From: Dimorphilus gyrociliatus
Lineage: Eukaryota > Animalia > Annelida
DNA length: 64,000 nt
Direction of reading: 5' to 3'
NCBI GenBank assembly: GCA_904063045.1
Contig: CAJFCJ010000024.1
Span: 674,165-738,164, forward strand
Within the stretch, counting starts at the first letter, position 1. Each line of letters starts with the position of its first letter. A program made the position numbers and the translations under genes. Below are positions 10,270 through 25,093 of the stretch, piece after piece. The notes beneath the pieces were generated by a model. The model was not told the origin of the DNA. It saw only the letters and a program-made list of their open reading frames with translations, and did no database searches.

Positions 10270-13200
10270 ATGGATAACTCGAAATTAATTAAGGAAGTAT
10301 GATAAATTCTTATATATGATTTAATATTTTTAAAGAATACAAAGCATTTTTAATAATAGTTTAAGAAACGAATTGAGGACGTTCTTACACCAGAGTTCAA
10401 TAATGACGAGGCCTTATTCAGATGGATTAAAGGTTCAATTATTTTTAATGAGTTAATTAATACATTTTATTTTGCGTCTTAGCAAGAAATTATAATGTGA
10501 AAAAAGCCGAAGAAATGTTTAGAAAGGTTAGAATTTCAAGTATTTTAAATATTTCTAATAATTATTAATAATTCAAAAACGCTATTGATTTTAAATAAAA
10601 GCCATAGCAAAATGTATATATATTTGCTTCTCAATTATTATAATATTCGTTTTTGTTATATAAGAATTGCATGTATTGTTGTACAAACTTGTAACAAACT
10701 GTGATAAATTTTGATATAGACAAAAGGCCTATTGTTTACGTACACGTGTTTTCTGTTGAGGAAACTCCTAATTGTTAATATTAAGCCTATACTATTTTCC
10801 TCTATTTATTCAATAATCTATTTAAGAGAAATTATTTCAGTGTTATTTGTCAATGGTATGATGTACAAGAAAACTTTACTTATTGCGTGTTTATTTTTCT
10901 CTTGAATCATTTTTCTATAGAGTATGATATGGAGGAATCAAGTAAAACCGAAAGAAATTAAGGATAATTACTCTATACCGCAGGTTATTCTAAAAAAATG
11001 ATTGTAGATTTTTATTATTTAACAAGGCTATTGATGTATTATTCAAGGTTCTGCAAAAGTATATACCTGCTGGATTTGCTGGAGTAGACAAAGAAGGATC
11101 ACCAGTTTTTGTAGAACTTTACGGACAATACGACTTAAGAGGTTTAATATATTCGGCAAAGCGTATAGATTTTGAAAAAAGATGGATTGTAAATAATGAA
11201 GGGATTATGGATAGATTAGCCGAATTATCAGTAAAGGTAGAAATACTGCAGAGATATTTTATTTAAAAGTTTAAACTATTATTATGACCTAATTAAACAT
11301 ATTTTTTTTTAAGTCGGATAAACCGATTGATGGAATAACGGTTATTCTTGATTGTTCTGGAATAGGTTTATCATTTTTATGGATGCCCGGCATTGAATTA
11401 TTATCGCATTTGGGAAAACTTAGTCAAGATAATTATCCAGAAATCGTGAAAAAAACGTTTATAATAAATGGTAAATAATATTTATTCAAATTCATCTCTT
11501 ATATTATAACTGTTCTATTTATGTATAAAATATTCATTATTTAAAAAAAAATACCGGAAAAAGCAAGGTCAGCTAACGCTCAAGTATAAGCCTAGATATC
11601 TGAATCGGAAGTCAGTTATCTAAAATTGAAAGGAGTCTTACGTACTAGATAATTTTGTTTGCTATTGATGATGTTTACTTAAAATACTTGTATAGATATA
11701 TAGTTATGTATTTTTGCAATTATCTTCAAATATATAAAAGTTAATTATTACAATACCCAGGAAAAGATAATTGAAATCTTTGGTAACGCTTACACGTTTT
11801 ATTAGCGTCTAGTATATTAATTTTACTGTTATTTTTAATCATTGTACTTAATCTACCCTTTGAATAAGCTTTAGTTTCAATCTTAATGACTAATGAAAGA
11901 AATATTAATAAAAAAACAAGAGAGAAAGAGAAGAATTCTTTTTTATCAGCAGTATTTTTCTTATGTTTGCATGTTTATATTCGCTTAGATGAAATTTGTT
12001 CTTTTTTTTTTTAGGCTAAATTTACATACAGAGTTCTATTATCTTTTTCTTTCTTTTAATAAACAGCTCCAACATTCTTTACGGTTTTATGGGGAATATT
12101 TAGAAAATTTATTACAGACGAAATGGCTCAGAAAATATCAGTTTTAGGAAGTTTGTTATACATATTTTAATTCTATTAATTATTTCATTACAGTATTAAA
12201 ATATTTATAAAACGTATAGAAAACTATAGAGAACAATTATTACAATATATCGATGTTAACGAATTACCAAAATTTCTTGGTGGTAATTTAACAGACGAAA
12301 ACGGCGATCCAAGATGTAAATTAATGGTAAAAAGATCATTTTATCTTTAAATTTCTTTCTTTTCTTTTTCTAATAGAATATATTTATAAATAGATTCCTC
12401 AAAATGGTAAAGTTGATGAAAAATACTATTTAAAAGAAATGGATATAAGCCATATGCAAAAAGTTACTATTTCTAACGGAGGAGATTTCAATGTTAAACT
12501 TGATATTAAAAAAATTGGCACTATTTTAAGGTTTTTATTACTTATACATTATACATAGTATATAATATATAAAGAATGCTTTATTATGCTTGTATTATTA
12601 AAAAAACTAATCTGTCACGAATACTGTAAATAAGATTTTTGTTTAGCATAACATTTCCGCGAAATAAATGATTAATATTAAGATTTTTTACCAATTTCCA
12701 GCAAATATCTATTTATAGATGATAACTTTTATGATTATCATTCTTTTTTTTTTTTGAATAATCGCAGAAACATTTTCTGTTAGACTATGCTATATAAAAA
12801 AATAGTCATTTAGCCTAAGATAATTTCATGTATGCTATTTCTCCTAGTTTTTTTTTCCAGCAGCCATATTTAATTAGTGCTGAAAAAGCAAGTTTTTAAA
12901 ATCTATCTATCATTTTATTAAAAATTTAGATGGGAATTTAAAACCGAAGATTACGATATTGCATTTGGAATAACACTTCAAGACAATACAAAAATTAAAC
13001 ACATATTACCTCTTAAGAGAGTAAATTCTCATTTCGTTCCTGAAGATGGCGCTATTACTTGTGAAAAAGTTGGAACATGTTAGTAATAATATATTTCAAG
13101 TAGTAAATTTATGAAAAAAAAACTAAATAATCTCTTCAATTGTCCTTTTTAGACGTAATAAAGTTCGATAACTCTCACAGCTGGACAAGGAATAAGATAT

Positions 13201-13304
13201 TATATTATAATGTCGATTATATCGAACCAGAAGAAGAAAAGAAGGAGAATTTAAGTGAAGATATTGACGATCTGAATGATAATTTTATATGTGTAAAACT
13301 ATAG
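10270..13304 (+). CDS. SEC14-like CRAL-TRIO + GOLD lipid-transfer protein (SEC14L2-type), 11 exons
   Basis: Spliced translation gives MDNSKLIKE|FKKRIEDV...LFRWIK|ARNYNVKKAEEMF, GVDKEGSPV, ITVILDCSGIG, DNYPEIVKKTFIINAP, ELPKFLGG...GDPRC, WEFKTEDYDIAFG, VNSHFVPEDG, FDNSHSW. This is the SEC14L2/3/4 layout. Stop at 13302-13304. Confidence 0.93.
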
Positions 13305-14439
13305 ATTTATGCGCTCTTGTATTTTTTCTTTTAAAGTACAAAAAACAAACCAAACTCTTAAGTGATTGTAAAAAGATACTTGAAGAAAAACAAGCTTTTT
13401 TTTGTTATTTCAATGACAAAGTCTTTTTTTTTTAAACATATAAAACAAAACAAAAGATAGACTAAAAATATAATTAAAACATTAAAAAAAAAAAGACTGG
13501 GGCACAGAGAAGAGAAGTTTTAATCTAATTGAAAATATCTTTTACTAATCCAATTGTTGTTAATCTTTTTCTCTTTTAATGTCATTTTTTATATATATAA
13601 TTTGTCTTTTTAAAAAAACAAAATATTAAAATATATTCTCATTAATATCTGCATTTTCAACAGTTGAAAATGTATTTTATATATGTCATACACGTACTGT
13701 ATATATAATATTTGAATATATTATGTTAATTAATTGTCTTATTTAACCTTTAAATAAATCTTTAAGGAGAAATCTTAAAAAATAGAACTCAAAGAATAAA
13801 AACACTCCTTGCGAATAACCTTAACAATTGGGATTGATTAATTTCAAATCGATAGTTCACCATTATTATATTATGATCGGGGCAATCTAGAAAAAAATCG
13901 CTAATCTTCATTATTGAACAACTCAAAACATAAAAACCTGCTAAATAGCAACTCTTATTGGTTATGTAGTCAATTAATCGAAATACACTGTTATTCTTGT
14001 TATGCCCCCGTTCGTGTCTTATAGTTCTTTTTTATACTTTTTTTTTAAAAAAACAAAAAATGAAAGAAAAAATATATATTTATATTATTCAACAAAGATC
14101 AGAGAATAATTTGTATTCATTTTTTAAGCAATAAATTCATATAAAAAACTTAAGAAGTTTATTATATTATTCCCAAAATATGCAGGTTTTATTGTAAATC
14201 ATAAAAAATAAAGGCTAAACTAGGTTTAATTCCTTTTTTTTCTCTTTATGCCTCATTATAATCTTATAACTATACATATACATATAAAAGTTATTGTTAT
14301 CTCTTTATCAGTCTAAGAAGATTAGAGCTTCCTTGAATTACCTCTTATTATTTATAGATAATATTTAATTAATATATTTACTGGTAAGCTATCCTCTTTT
14401 AAAATGAAAAGTATATGACCACCATCTTGTTTTTACTTT

Positions 14440-17114
14440 TTAAATTGTCTTTAATTTACCGACAAATAATGTTTTTAGTTTAATATTTGCCCAGTTACTT
14501 TTTGCATCTTCTCTAAGCATCTTTCTCTTTTTCATATCTTCTATTTTCTCGTCAATTTGCTGTGCAATATTTTCTTTATTGATTTCTATTAGGCTCGATT
14601 TCAAAGCGTGTAAACTGGCTCTAGAATGTACTCTCCTCCATAACTAATAAAATATTTGATAAATAAGACAAAATTAATGAGTTAGTTAATTCATAAATTA
14701 ATTAATCTTTTAATTAGTTCTCACAATGTAGTGTTTGCCTTCCTCTATTGAATGAACTTACCCTTAAACTTTCCAGAGCCTGATATTCAACTAAATTCCT
14801 ATAGTATTCTTGATTTATCTTATCAATGTCTGATTCTATTGTTGTCTCTCCCCTAGGTGGAAAAAAAGGCAATACTCTGTACAAGCGTATCCAGTCTTGT
14901 TGTAACAATTTCGCCACAAACTTCAAATATTTATCAAATTGATCTAGAAGAAGAAAGAAAGGTCAACAAAAGGTTAAAATATGTTACAATTAAATTGTCT
15001 ATATATACATATACTCAATATAGATCAACTATATGAATATTTGTGTATAATGAAGAGTTTTTTATTATTAAAAGGAAAGTTTTTTCAAGAGCCTATAGAA
15101 GTTTCTTTTTTCCCTTTTTAATCAAGATAATTCTACGTTCAGAATAAAACACTTGAACAGATTTTAGAGTCTACTTAAAGTATCGTTTCGAGTATACTCA
15201 AACTATCTTGTGTCTGAAATATCAAGTTGACACTTACTTATTATAAAATTTTAATTAAATTATAGAAAAACTTGTTAAAAAAATTAATCAATTGAAAGAG
15301 AAAAGAGAAAATGTTGAGAACAAAGAAAGATGAAAATAGAGCAATGAAAATTTACAACCTTTAGCTTTCGGCTGTTTCCCGATAGATTCTTCTTTTGTCG
15401 TTATATGAGGAATTATCTTTGGTTGTATATGACTTTGAGCTTTATATATTTTTCTATTAGTTACAGGCATATTATGGAAAATCTTCTTTAGAGAAGCAGC
15501 ATTTGTTTTAAATATATATATATTCTTTAAAGAAGCTAAGCAATTTTGAATTCTATTCAATTCAAAATCATCTCTTTCATATTCGCTTTTAGCTAAATCA
15601 AATGATTTTTTAGCTCTTTTGTATTCATCATTTTTCAATTCAACCAATTTTTTCCTTTCTGTTATATAGTACATTTTCTTTTTATTCCTTTCAAATTTTT
15701 TATCCAATAATGGAATTTGATTAATTAATTGTAATTTTTCACTTGTCAACTTTTCAACTTTTTCAATAGCCGCTTCCTCGTTTTTCACATCGTCTATTCT
15801 TTCTCTCAATAGATCAATATCCATTCGAAGAAATCTATGTTCACTTAACAATTCTTCATACTCTTTTGTTAATTTTATTTCTTTCTCCTTTGTTTTAGAC
15901 ATTTCTTGTTTTTGTTGTTCAAAATCTTTTGTAGCTCTTTTAAATAAGACATCGGAATGAAAATATCTTCTTCTTGATTGTTCAACAATCTTTAACTGAT
16001 CTTGTAATTTTCCTTCTAAATCTGTTATATCTTGTTTTATATAAGTTGCATATTCCCTATCGGCTTCTATCCATAATTTTATACCCTGTTAAATTAAGCA
16101 TAAAAGGTCTGCTTTATTAATCAGATATTTATAGAATATTTACTGTAGAGACTTTACTTAATCGTAAACATTATAGGCCTTACTGATTGATTGAAACATC
16201 CAAATTGTAAACGGGGGGTAAATTATAATTTAAGCCATATTGGTGTTATAATTAAAAAATTGAGTTTATACATCGTTTAACTTATAAATATTTATGACTC
16301 TGATTTGAATAAGTGAGGAGAATAGTAGCAATTTTCTCCAACAACGAGATAATTTACTGAACAATTGAATCATTAATCAATTGATAAATGAACTTTTAAT
16401 ACTAACCTTTAAGGCGTTTCTTAGGTTAGCTAAAGCTTGCGGTATTACAAGGACTATAGATAATTCTCCGCAATCGATTCGTCTGGCATAGTCGTTTGAC
16501 GTTAAACCAAATTGATCCGCTTGAAGACCCAAATGAGACCTATACGACTTAGACATTGACGTAACATTCTCTATATGATCCTTAATAGCGTTATTGAATT
16601 CGGTCTGTTTTTTGTTGTAATGTTGCGCAGTTTCCAAATACGAATCGTAATTTTCGGTGTAAAATGATAGACAATATCTTGATAAGAACGATAAAATGTG
16701 TCCGATATCTTCCAAGACACTTTCGAATTTATCCGGAACAAATTGTAATAATTTATTATGATATTCCCTGAGTACTTTCATTGATAATATATTATTTTGA
16801 AAATCTTCTCCCGGATTTGCTGCTATTTTTGTCGCTATATCGTCAACTTGCCATGCGGCGTTCAAATTGTTTACGTTTGTCTGCTTTTGTAGACGCTTTA
16901 AGTGCTGAACCAAAGTTCGTAAGTAGATATCAACTCTCCGTCCATCGAAAAACTCTAATTCAATATCATCTAAATTGTCCTTTAGAACGTCTATTTTATC
17001 CAGAACGGCCTTGTAAATTGAATTAAGATTTTTCGGTCTTTCCTTGTCAAAGTCTGTTAAGTTTTGACGGTGTCTGTAAAAGGCTAAAGCTGTCGGCGCT
17101 AATAACGAAGACAT
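14440..17114 (-). CDS. Helical/coiled-coil protein with a C-terminal death domain (4 exons, about 606 aa)
   Basis: Exons 17114-16407, 16085-15359, 14943-14762, 14643-14440 are in frame. There is a long heptad region, then VAKLLQQDWIRLYRVL...EYQALESLRLWRRVHSRASLHALKSSLIEINRKDIA, which fits a death-domain pattern. Confidence 0.8.
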
Positions 17115-18357
17115 AGCCTGAAATGAACAACCTTCTAAACATAGGCTTTAATAATGTTCTTATTTTTTTTCTCGCTTATAAATATAAACAATGTAAACGC
17201 CACCTAGTTGTTTAACTAATTTTATTATAATTGCATTATAAAAACTTCCCAATGCTTTATCTATATTTAAAGAGAGTCAGAAAAGAATAAAGGTAGGCAA
17301 TTTTTTTATATACATAAAAAATATTACTTAATTACAATCGATAGAAAGTCAATTTTTTTTACTTTTGTTTAAAATTATTGGATTTAATTTCTTTCAGTAA
17401 AACATATTCTAATTAATCAATAACCTATTAATTTATTATTTTAATACAAGGTTATGTCTAATATTTCATTAATTAATGAATTTCAAATAAAAATAGCTTG
17501 AAATAACAATAGTTTTATGATTTTTAATTAATATTTCAACGATATAAAACAATTAAATATATTCTGATTTTCTTTACTTTTCTTTACACTATCATAAAAC
17601 TATACTATTTCTATATCAGTACATTGATTATTCATAATTAACTAGTATACAAAATGATTAATATTTAATAAATCAACAGTGAATAATAGGAAGAGATCTA
17701 TTAACCGACTTACACTAATGTTTTATAGTATTATGGTAAAATTTCTACTTTTAATATTTATATTAGATAATAGATGGCGTTTCTCTTTTTACCATTTGTC
17801 TTTTCCAAGCTTATCTTTATCCAATTCCTTTCCCATTTTATCTTTCACCTTGTTTTTTTTGTTCATTCACCTTTTTCATCCGTCTTTGATAGTTAGGTTA
17901 TCTACTGTAGAGATAATAAAAAAAGAAGATATCGTTTTGAAAACTATTTTTAAACAACTGTTGAAAACTTTCTGTAATTAATTCCTTTAAAGAGTCACTA
18001 CTTTATCCAGTAAAGTAATCTGATTCAAGTATATTTCCTAATAAATAGGGTTAGAAATAAATTCATTAATAGCAATAATCATATTTCAATAAGATATTTA
18101 TAATATAATTGCATATTACCCCTATTCCTTTTCAACTTAATTTCCAGTTCAATCAAAGTAGAAAATTAAAATCCCTCATTCAATTCATTTCTAATTGAAT
18201 TGAGAAAATGATGTTTTTTTATAAGTAAATATTAATTTTAATAAATTAAAATAATGAATTAACATTTACTTTATAAGGAGAGGAAAATAGATGTTTACTT
18301 TACAGTATACATATCTGTATCTCATAGAAGGGTATCTCTTCTCTTTCTTCTTTGAAT

Positions 18358-21300
18358 ATGTATATTCTACTATTCTTTCTTTCTATCATATTCTGTCCAA
18401 GTAAGTTTATGTAAGAAAATAATGTACTTTGCTATATTATATGTAATTTAAATCACACTTTTTTTACTTTTGCCGATAAGGAGTAGAAGGATTCGCTGAA
18501 AGAGATTTATTATTGAATCGAGGGGAGATACTGAGTTTGTTTATAGAAGATAAGAACATCAGCAAGGAATGCTCAACAGATATGGCGTTGCTTTATAAAA
18601 TGCACTTTGGAAAGGAAAATCATAATTCTACAGTCTCATGGGTTGATTTAAGTAATAAATTTTATTTGTATATTTATTTTTAATCGATAGAATATGAATT
18701 ATATTTTTATTCTTAAAATAAAACTGCAAAATAGTGCTAGATTCTTGGGGAACATTTCCCACTGGATTTTTTAAAGGAGACGTCAAAATGTTGGGTAGTT
18801 ACAGTCAATGTATAACGCTAAAAGTTCCAAAAGATATTACATTTAAAAGCTCATATATTAGATTGGATTTTCAAGTTATAAGCGCAATTTTAAAGGTAAC
18901 ATAGCAAGTCTTACGAAATAAATAGTGTTGAATAACCTAATTTCTTTTTCAATTGTATATTATTTTATTTAAAAAATAGGAATATTTTGATAAAACTACT
19001 ACAATAAACATTGTTCCATCTTTTGGTATGTGTTTGCCAGACACTTGCAGTAAATGGGAAATAAAAGAAATCTTTACAAAAGGTAATTGCTTAGTACATT
19101 GGCTATTGTACCTCTATTTATAAAGAATAATGTTTAATTGAATAGTTTACAGATGGAAAAGTTTCCCTATTAAACCATCGAAAGTTTTTTCTTATAATAC
19201 TATTGAATTGGATACAAAAGCATGGATTTTATTGTAATTATAGAAGATGTCTTAAAATAAGGATAAGTTCAAAAGAGAATCATTTCGATTTTAACTGAAA
19301 AAAATGGAAAACTTTTGAACTTTTCTCTATTTTTATTAGGTTTTATTCAAGTGTGTTTGAAAGTTGAAAAATCTTTAAAATTTTAGGCTAGCTTTAACCT
19401 CTATGATAATAGTTATTGCTGTTGCTACTCTTCTGGATATTTTAGCACTGAATTCTCCTATGAAAGATGACCAATCGAGTGAATCGGAATTCTTACTAGA
19501 GGAGAAAAAGGATAAAAATTCAAACATTTTAAATAAAATTCTAGAAATTTCAACATGCTTTTCGTTTGTAAGAAATTTGGAAAAATTAAGTCTTGCAGAA
19601 CCTTCAAAAGACATATCATGTATTCATGGTATAAGATTCTTTTCAATGTGTTGGATTATCTTAATCCATACAAGATACGATCTAACCGCCTTGTTTGGTA
19701 AATATTTTCAATTTTTAGTTAATTTCATATAGTATCAATTTATAATATCTTATAGCAAATCCTACATATCTAAAGGAATGGAACATTGGATTTCTATCAA
19801 ATATATCTTATAGTGTAGTGGCTGTTCACAGCTTTTTTGTTTTAAGGTAATTAAATACGTAATTTTTAATTAAAAATATGTTGAAAATAAAATCTTGTTT
19901 ATTTTTTTGTTTATTTCAACAAGTGGATTTTTGGTTACCATATCAACATTGAAGAAGCTTTCTGATTCTAGTTTTAAAATTGTTCCATACTATATTCATA
20001 GATATTGGAGGTAATAATTATATTTTTATAAGAATATCTTTTATTTTCTTTATTTCCCCCCTCTCTCCCTCTCTTTCTCTCTCTCATACTTTTTATCTCC
20101 CTCTTTCTATACTTTCTTCCCCTTACGCTTAAAATATTATATGTCTTTATTTATTTATAGAATTACGCCGACTTACGCAATTATAATGGCAACTTATATA
20201 ATATTATATCAATTTTTTGTAAAGGGACCAATGTCTGTTGAGGAAAATTCCTTCTTAGAAATATGTAATAAAGGATGGTGGATGAATCTGTTATACATAA
20301 ATAATATAAATAATATTTCGGTTGTAGTTTGTATAAACAAAACTCATAGTTATATTCCTATTTATTTATTATTACAGTGTATGGGATGGACTTGGTATTT
20401 GGCAGCTGATATGCAATTTTATGTCTTAGCACCTATGTTAATTTACTCTTTATACAGGTGACATTGTATATAAAAACTACATTTCAAGATAAGATTTGGT
20501 AAATAATATTTCTAACAGGTGGAAATATTTTGGTATTATTTTCAATCTATTAACAATTATAGCGGCATGTATAACTTCTGCTATAATATCATATCAATAC
20601 GATTTTCCATCATCCAATTTCTTTATTAAAGAGAAAAAATTGTAAGTTATGTAGAATAAAAATATAAGCCTGTTAACACCTTTAATAAAAAAACATAGAG
20701 ACCTATTTACACGGTTATATTATGAAACACCTTGGACAAATATTGGTTCTTATGTTGTTGGAATTCTAACAGGCTGGAAATTTTTTACGGATGGAAAACT
20801 TCAATTAAATAAGGCATAAGTTTTTTTTTTAAAAAGAAAAACTCTTAATAAATTTTCTTTTTTATTTAGATAACTATCAGAATTATATCTACGGCAGCAG
20901 TTCTTATAAGTTTATTAATCATATTCTTTCCCATAAATACTCTAAATGTTAAGTTTACGAATGCAATTTTTAATTCACTTCATAAACCTCTGTGGAGTAT
21001 TTGTATTAGTTGGCTAATTCTATTTTGTCTCACAATTCAAAAAGGTAAACTTACTATGCGCGTATAAAGATTACTCAATAATCTTTTATTGTTCAATTTT
21101 ATGTCTATTTATTTTTACCAGGCATTGTTCATGACCTCCTCTCTTTAAGAATGTGGATAGTACCAAGTAGATTAACTTTTGTGGCTTATTTAGTTCATCC
21201 TATAATCATTTCTGCTTTTGTTAATTCAAGGGAAAACCTTATTATTATGGACAGTTCCCTTGTGGTAAGTAATTTAAAAAGTAATCCAAAGGATTATTGT

Positions 21301-21484
21301 GTCATATACTTAATCACTTTATTCTCGCACTATTCCCTATCCTTTCGTTTATTTTTTCCCATTTCAGATATTTTTCTTTCTTATGTTCTTAACTGCTTCA
21401 TTCCTACTGGCCTTTTTCATAACTGTTACTGTGGAAATTCCATTACGAAACGTCGCAAAGTATACTCCTCTTCTTAAATTATAA
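18358..21484 (+). CDS. NRF-6 / O-acyltransferase-like protein (NRF domain + Acyl_transf_3 multi-TM)
   Basis: Signal exon 18358-18400 (MYILLFFSSIIFCP); NRF-domain LDSWGTFPTGFFKGDVKMLGSYSQC; CFSFVRN; CIHGIRFFSMCWII; IHRYWRITP; CMGWTWYLAADMQFY; YYETPWTNIGSYVVG; LSRLTFVAYLVHP-like motif; TVEIPL near the end. Confidence 0.92.
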
Positions 21485-23936
21485 AATAGCCTACTTACAT
21501 CTTCGAGAACAACTATTTTCCGTTTTAAAAAACACAAAAGTATCAAAAACGAAAAACAAAAACCAATATTTTATCCAAAATATAAAGCAGATATACGTTT
21601 TTTATAGAATTTACTATAGATATTATTACTTTTCATCTTAGAACAATAACCTTTGAAGCATTACCCCTGGGTCCTTTTTTTATCATTTTTTACTCATAAT
21701 ACATTTCAAAGTCATAAATAATTTAGAGAAAAAATTTTGTTTATCAATTTTTAATTGAGAAAGAATGAAAGAATATTAAAAAAAGGAGGAAAACATCTTT
21801 CAGTTATTACTTCTATTCCTTAAAAAGAAGGTAACCTCTTTCTATCCTTGTAATTTTTTAAGGAAAATTAAAGAAAACGTTTTTAACAACTTTCAATTAA
21901 TTCCTTTTTATTTACAATATCTCTTTTGACAAGTGTAGAGAGAGAGAGAAAGAAAAACATTGAGATATAGAAAGAGAAATAGAGAATCAATAATTGTTTT
22001 TAATAGTATAATAATAAAAAAAGCACTCATTAAAACAAGGCTAAATTACCAGTGTATTTTTTATTTCAATGTTTTTGAATAAATAGACATATACGTATTT
22101 TTTATTTTAATCTACTTAATATATATCTTTTCTCTTTTTTTTGTTCTACATCGCTAATAAATACTTATAATGTCTATAAATATATATGTATACATTGTAA
22201 ATTCACTTATTCTAAGCCAAAAAAAGCAATATAAACGACGATTTTTGTACACTTTCTAGAAATCTATACGATGAAAAACACCTACATAAAAAAGTCAGTT
22301 ACAATAATTACTCAGACACTAAAAAGCAATAAGATATCTTCTTTGGTGTCTTTTCTTTTTTACCAATATTTATCTTTATTTCAATATAAGAATAAAAGAA
22401 CACCTGGAAAATGCACTCTTGCTTTTAGTCGTTTTTTATTGTTACTAATATTTGCTATTATACGTATCTACCAGTTTCCTTTTTTTATATACATTTATTT
22501 AAATAAATTCGTATATTATTAAAATAACTAATCAATAATGAAAATTCTATTTAACAAAATACTACTTTGTTTTTTCTTATTTTTATTATTATTAAGCCAT
22601 TTTTATCGAGGATAATGTGACAAGTTCTCTCATTTTATACAACTCTGAACTAGAAAATAGATATCTCAATGGGCATTGTTCATGCTTTATTATCTTCTAT
22701 TTATTACATTGACTATTCATGGTCGATTATAGTTTTGAGCCTATGCTAATAACTAATGTATAGCACAAGTATATTTTAAGTTTTTTTCTGAGTACTGGAT
22801 GAATTGATCAAGTGACAGGGGTATTCATTCTACTAATGTCAACAGTTTATAATAATTTGGGTAAATTAACCATATTTTTGGTTAATTAAAAGATTATTAT
22901 TAAATGTTTTATGTAAACATTGTAAAGGATAGAAAATATGGTATATTAGAAAGGTTTATATACTAACATTACATTTCTATAAACCATCCAATGGATCGTG
23001 TACAAATTAATTGCTTCCATACATAAGATATATAGAAAAATAACACTATGATATGCGAATGGGGAGGAAACGTTGATAAATTCTGTCAAATGCCAATACA
23101 ATCAGAATTTCATTTGTCAACTCAATCGAACGTTCTGGGTCGGCTCTTTTCATTTTTAAACACAATTGTTTTTTCTGTAGAGAAAAGCATACATTGATGA
23201 AAGAGATTTGAAAGAGAATACATTAATTCCTAGTAGGAGAAGTGGTGAGAAATGAAAATTGAAGATATAATTATTGTAATTTCGTAGAAATAGCTTACAA
23301 ACTATCCGAAATAGAATAAATTCCTATTTATTCATAAAATGAGAATGGCATTAACCAGGTTTTTACTGTTTGTATGCTTCGCAAGCTTGCTACGTCTATT
23401 TCTTAATGCCATTTATGAAATCCCTTGCCACATAAACATGACTTTATCAATATTTCTTTAAGAATTAAAAGTAAATATTTGTTTCTATTGTTTGCAAAAT
23501 AAAACGTTTTAATCTTAATCCCTTAAGTTCCCATCTGCTATACATACTAGTTTTCTAATGTTACAAAAAATATATAGAACCAATTAGCTGGTTCCAAGTA
23601 TCATTTTTTCACCAGATGGTAACCATAACCTTACAGCTTCCTATTAATATTCATAAGAATGTAAGAAAATGTAGACTAATTATCATTTTAACTACGGAAA
23701 TTGAAACCAGAAGAACAAAATGAAGAATGTAAGGTATTTGAGGGAGGATACCTCTATAAATAGTGTTCAGTTTTTTTTTTCTTTTTAACAAGTCAATTTA
23801 CATTTATAATTCTGAATTTTTATTCTAAATTATGAACTAAGCTTTATTTGAATGGGAATTCCTATTAGAATATTCAATAAGATTGTCATCAATTTTGTCT
23901 GTCTTAAATTATACATAGCTGCATGTATATATATAT

Positions 23937-23973
<37 letters not shown>

Positions 23974-25046
23974 CTACAGATTTGTAACAATTTATTTAAC
24001 GCCAATTGATTATAGTATGCGTGACCTTTCTAAAAGAAAAAAGTTTACATTGGAAAAAATCGCTACGTCAACACCTGCGTTTCTTTTTTTTCTCAGGTGA
24101 ATAGTAGGCGAATTTTGCTATTTTTCCATTTCTAATATTTCACTAATCGAGTAAATAAATCAAATATTATTATTTACATATGAAAATAAAGGGTTATAAA
24201 ATTGACTATAGTAGATAGAAATGCTTTGCATATAGAATATATTGCAGAGGATGCAAATATACTATATACTGTACAATTACTTGCCCTATTCCAATATGAA
24301 TTCCCATACCCGTTAGATCAAGATAGGAATTACATGGGAAACAAATTTTTGCCTAAGGTCGATGATGTACAAATGGCTCTACTTTTCTCAGCTTGAGGTT
24401 GGGACATATGTAGGAGTTGGTCGGTTAGATCAAGGTTTAGATCTTTACCAATTGTCGCTTTTATGAAACTTAAGCTACGTTGAATGAATAATCTAATCTA
24501 TACGACCTTCAACCCCCGCACTCAAACCTACACATGGTCGGTCAGCTATTGCTCTTTTAATTAAAAAGAACCAAGCGAACGTATTGCGTAGAAGTAGCAT
24601 TTTCCGGTGAAATCACTTCGCAAAATAGAGGAATAATATTAGCTAAAAACTTGCATTTCAATAGTAAAAACCTAATTAAGTTTAGAATTACAAAATGTTC
24701 AAGTTATGAATGAAAACATTTGAAGAATGAGAAAACCGATTATTCATGTTCTTCAATAAACATATACTTGTCATTTTAAGGTTATACAGCTAATTTCTCT
24801 TTACGAGATTAGCTGCAATTTAATAATTATGATTAGGGTTATTCCTTTTGCTTGGTAAATGCTTAATTTTCATTAATATAAAGGATAATTTGTTACAACA
24901 TTATTAAAAATGAGTCATTTTTCCTTTAAAGAATAGATGGGAAAAGAGGAGAGATTGTATTCACAAAAATAAGAACCCTTGTCCATTACCTTATCATTTA
25001 GATTGGAGTAAGGTTTTCCTCACTCTGTTTCTCCTCCCTTCCTCAA

Positions 25047-25050
<4 letters not shown>

Positions 25051-25085
<35 letters not shown>
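25051..25085. repeat. (TC)n microsatellite
   Basis: Uninterrupted TC dinucleotide run. Confidence 0.95.

Positions 25086-25093
<8 letters not shown>

Noticed and set aside
10270-21484. Idea that the SEC14-like and NRF-6-like lipid genes form a functional cluster with the Hog genes
   Set aside because: Both are common multi-copy families and adjacency in a gene-dense genome is expected. There is no sequence evidence of co-regulation.
23347-23413. 11-bp inverted repeat aatggcattaa...ttaatgccatt
   Set aside because: The stem is short, AT-rich and has a 45-nt loop. It is not pre-miRNA-like and is plausible by chance.
22680-23760. Exon-like blocks on the plus strand (MLYYLLFITLTIH|gt, NTMICEWGGNVDKFCQMP, PISWFQVSFFHQM)
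   Set aside because: I could not join them into a stop-free model or assign a family. It may be a decayed secreted-protein gene, but it is not supportable by eye.
24202-24560. GC-enriched block with a 64-aa ORF
   Set aside because: No recognisable motif on either strand, and stops interrupt the longer readings.
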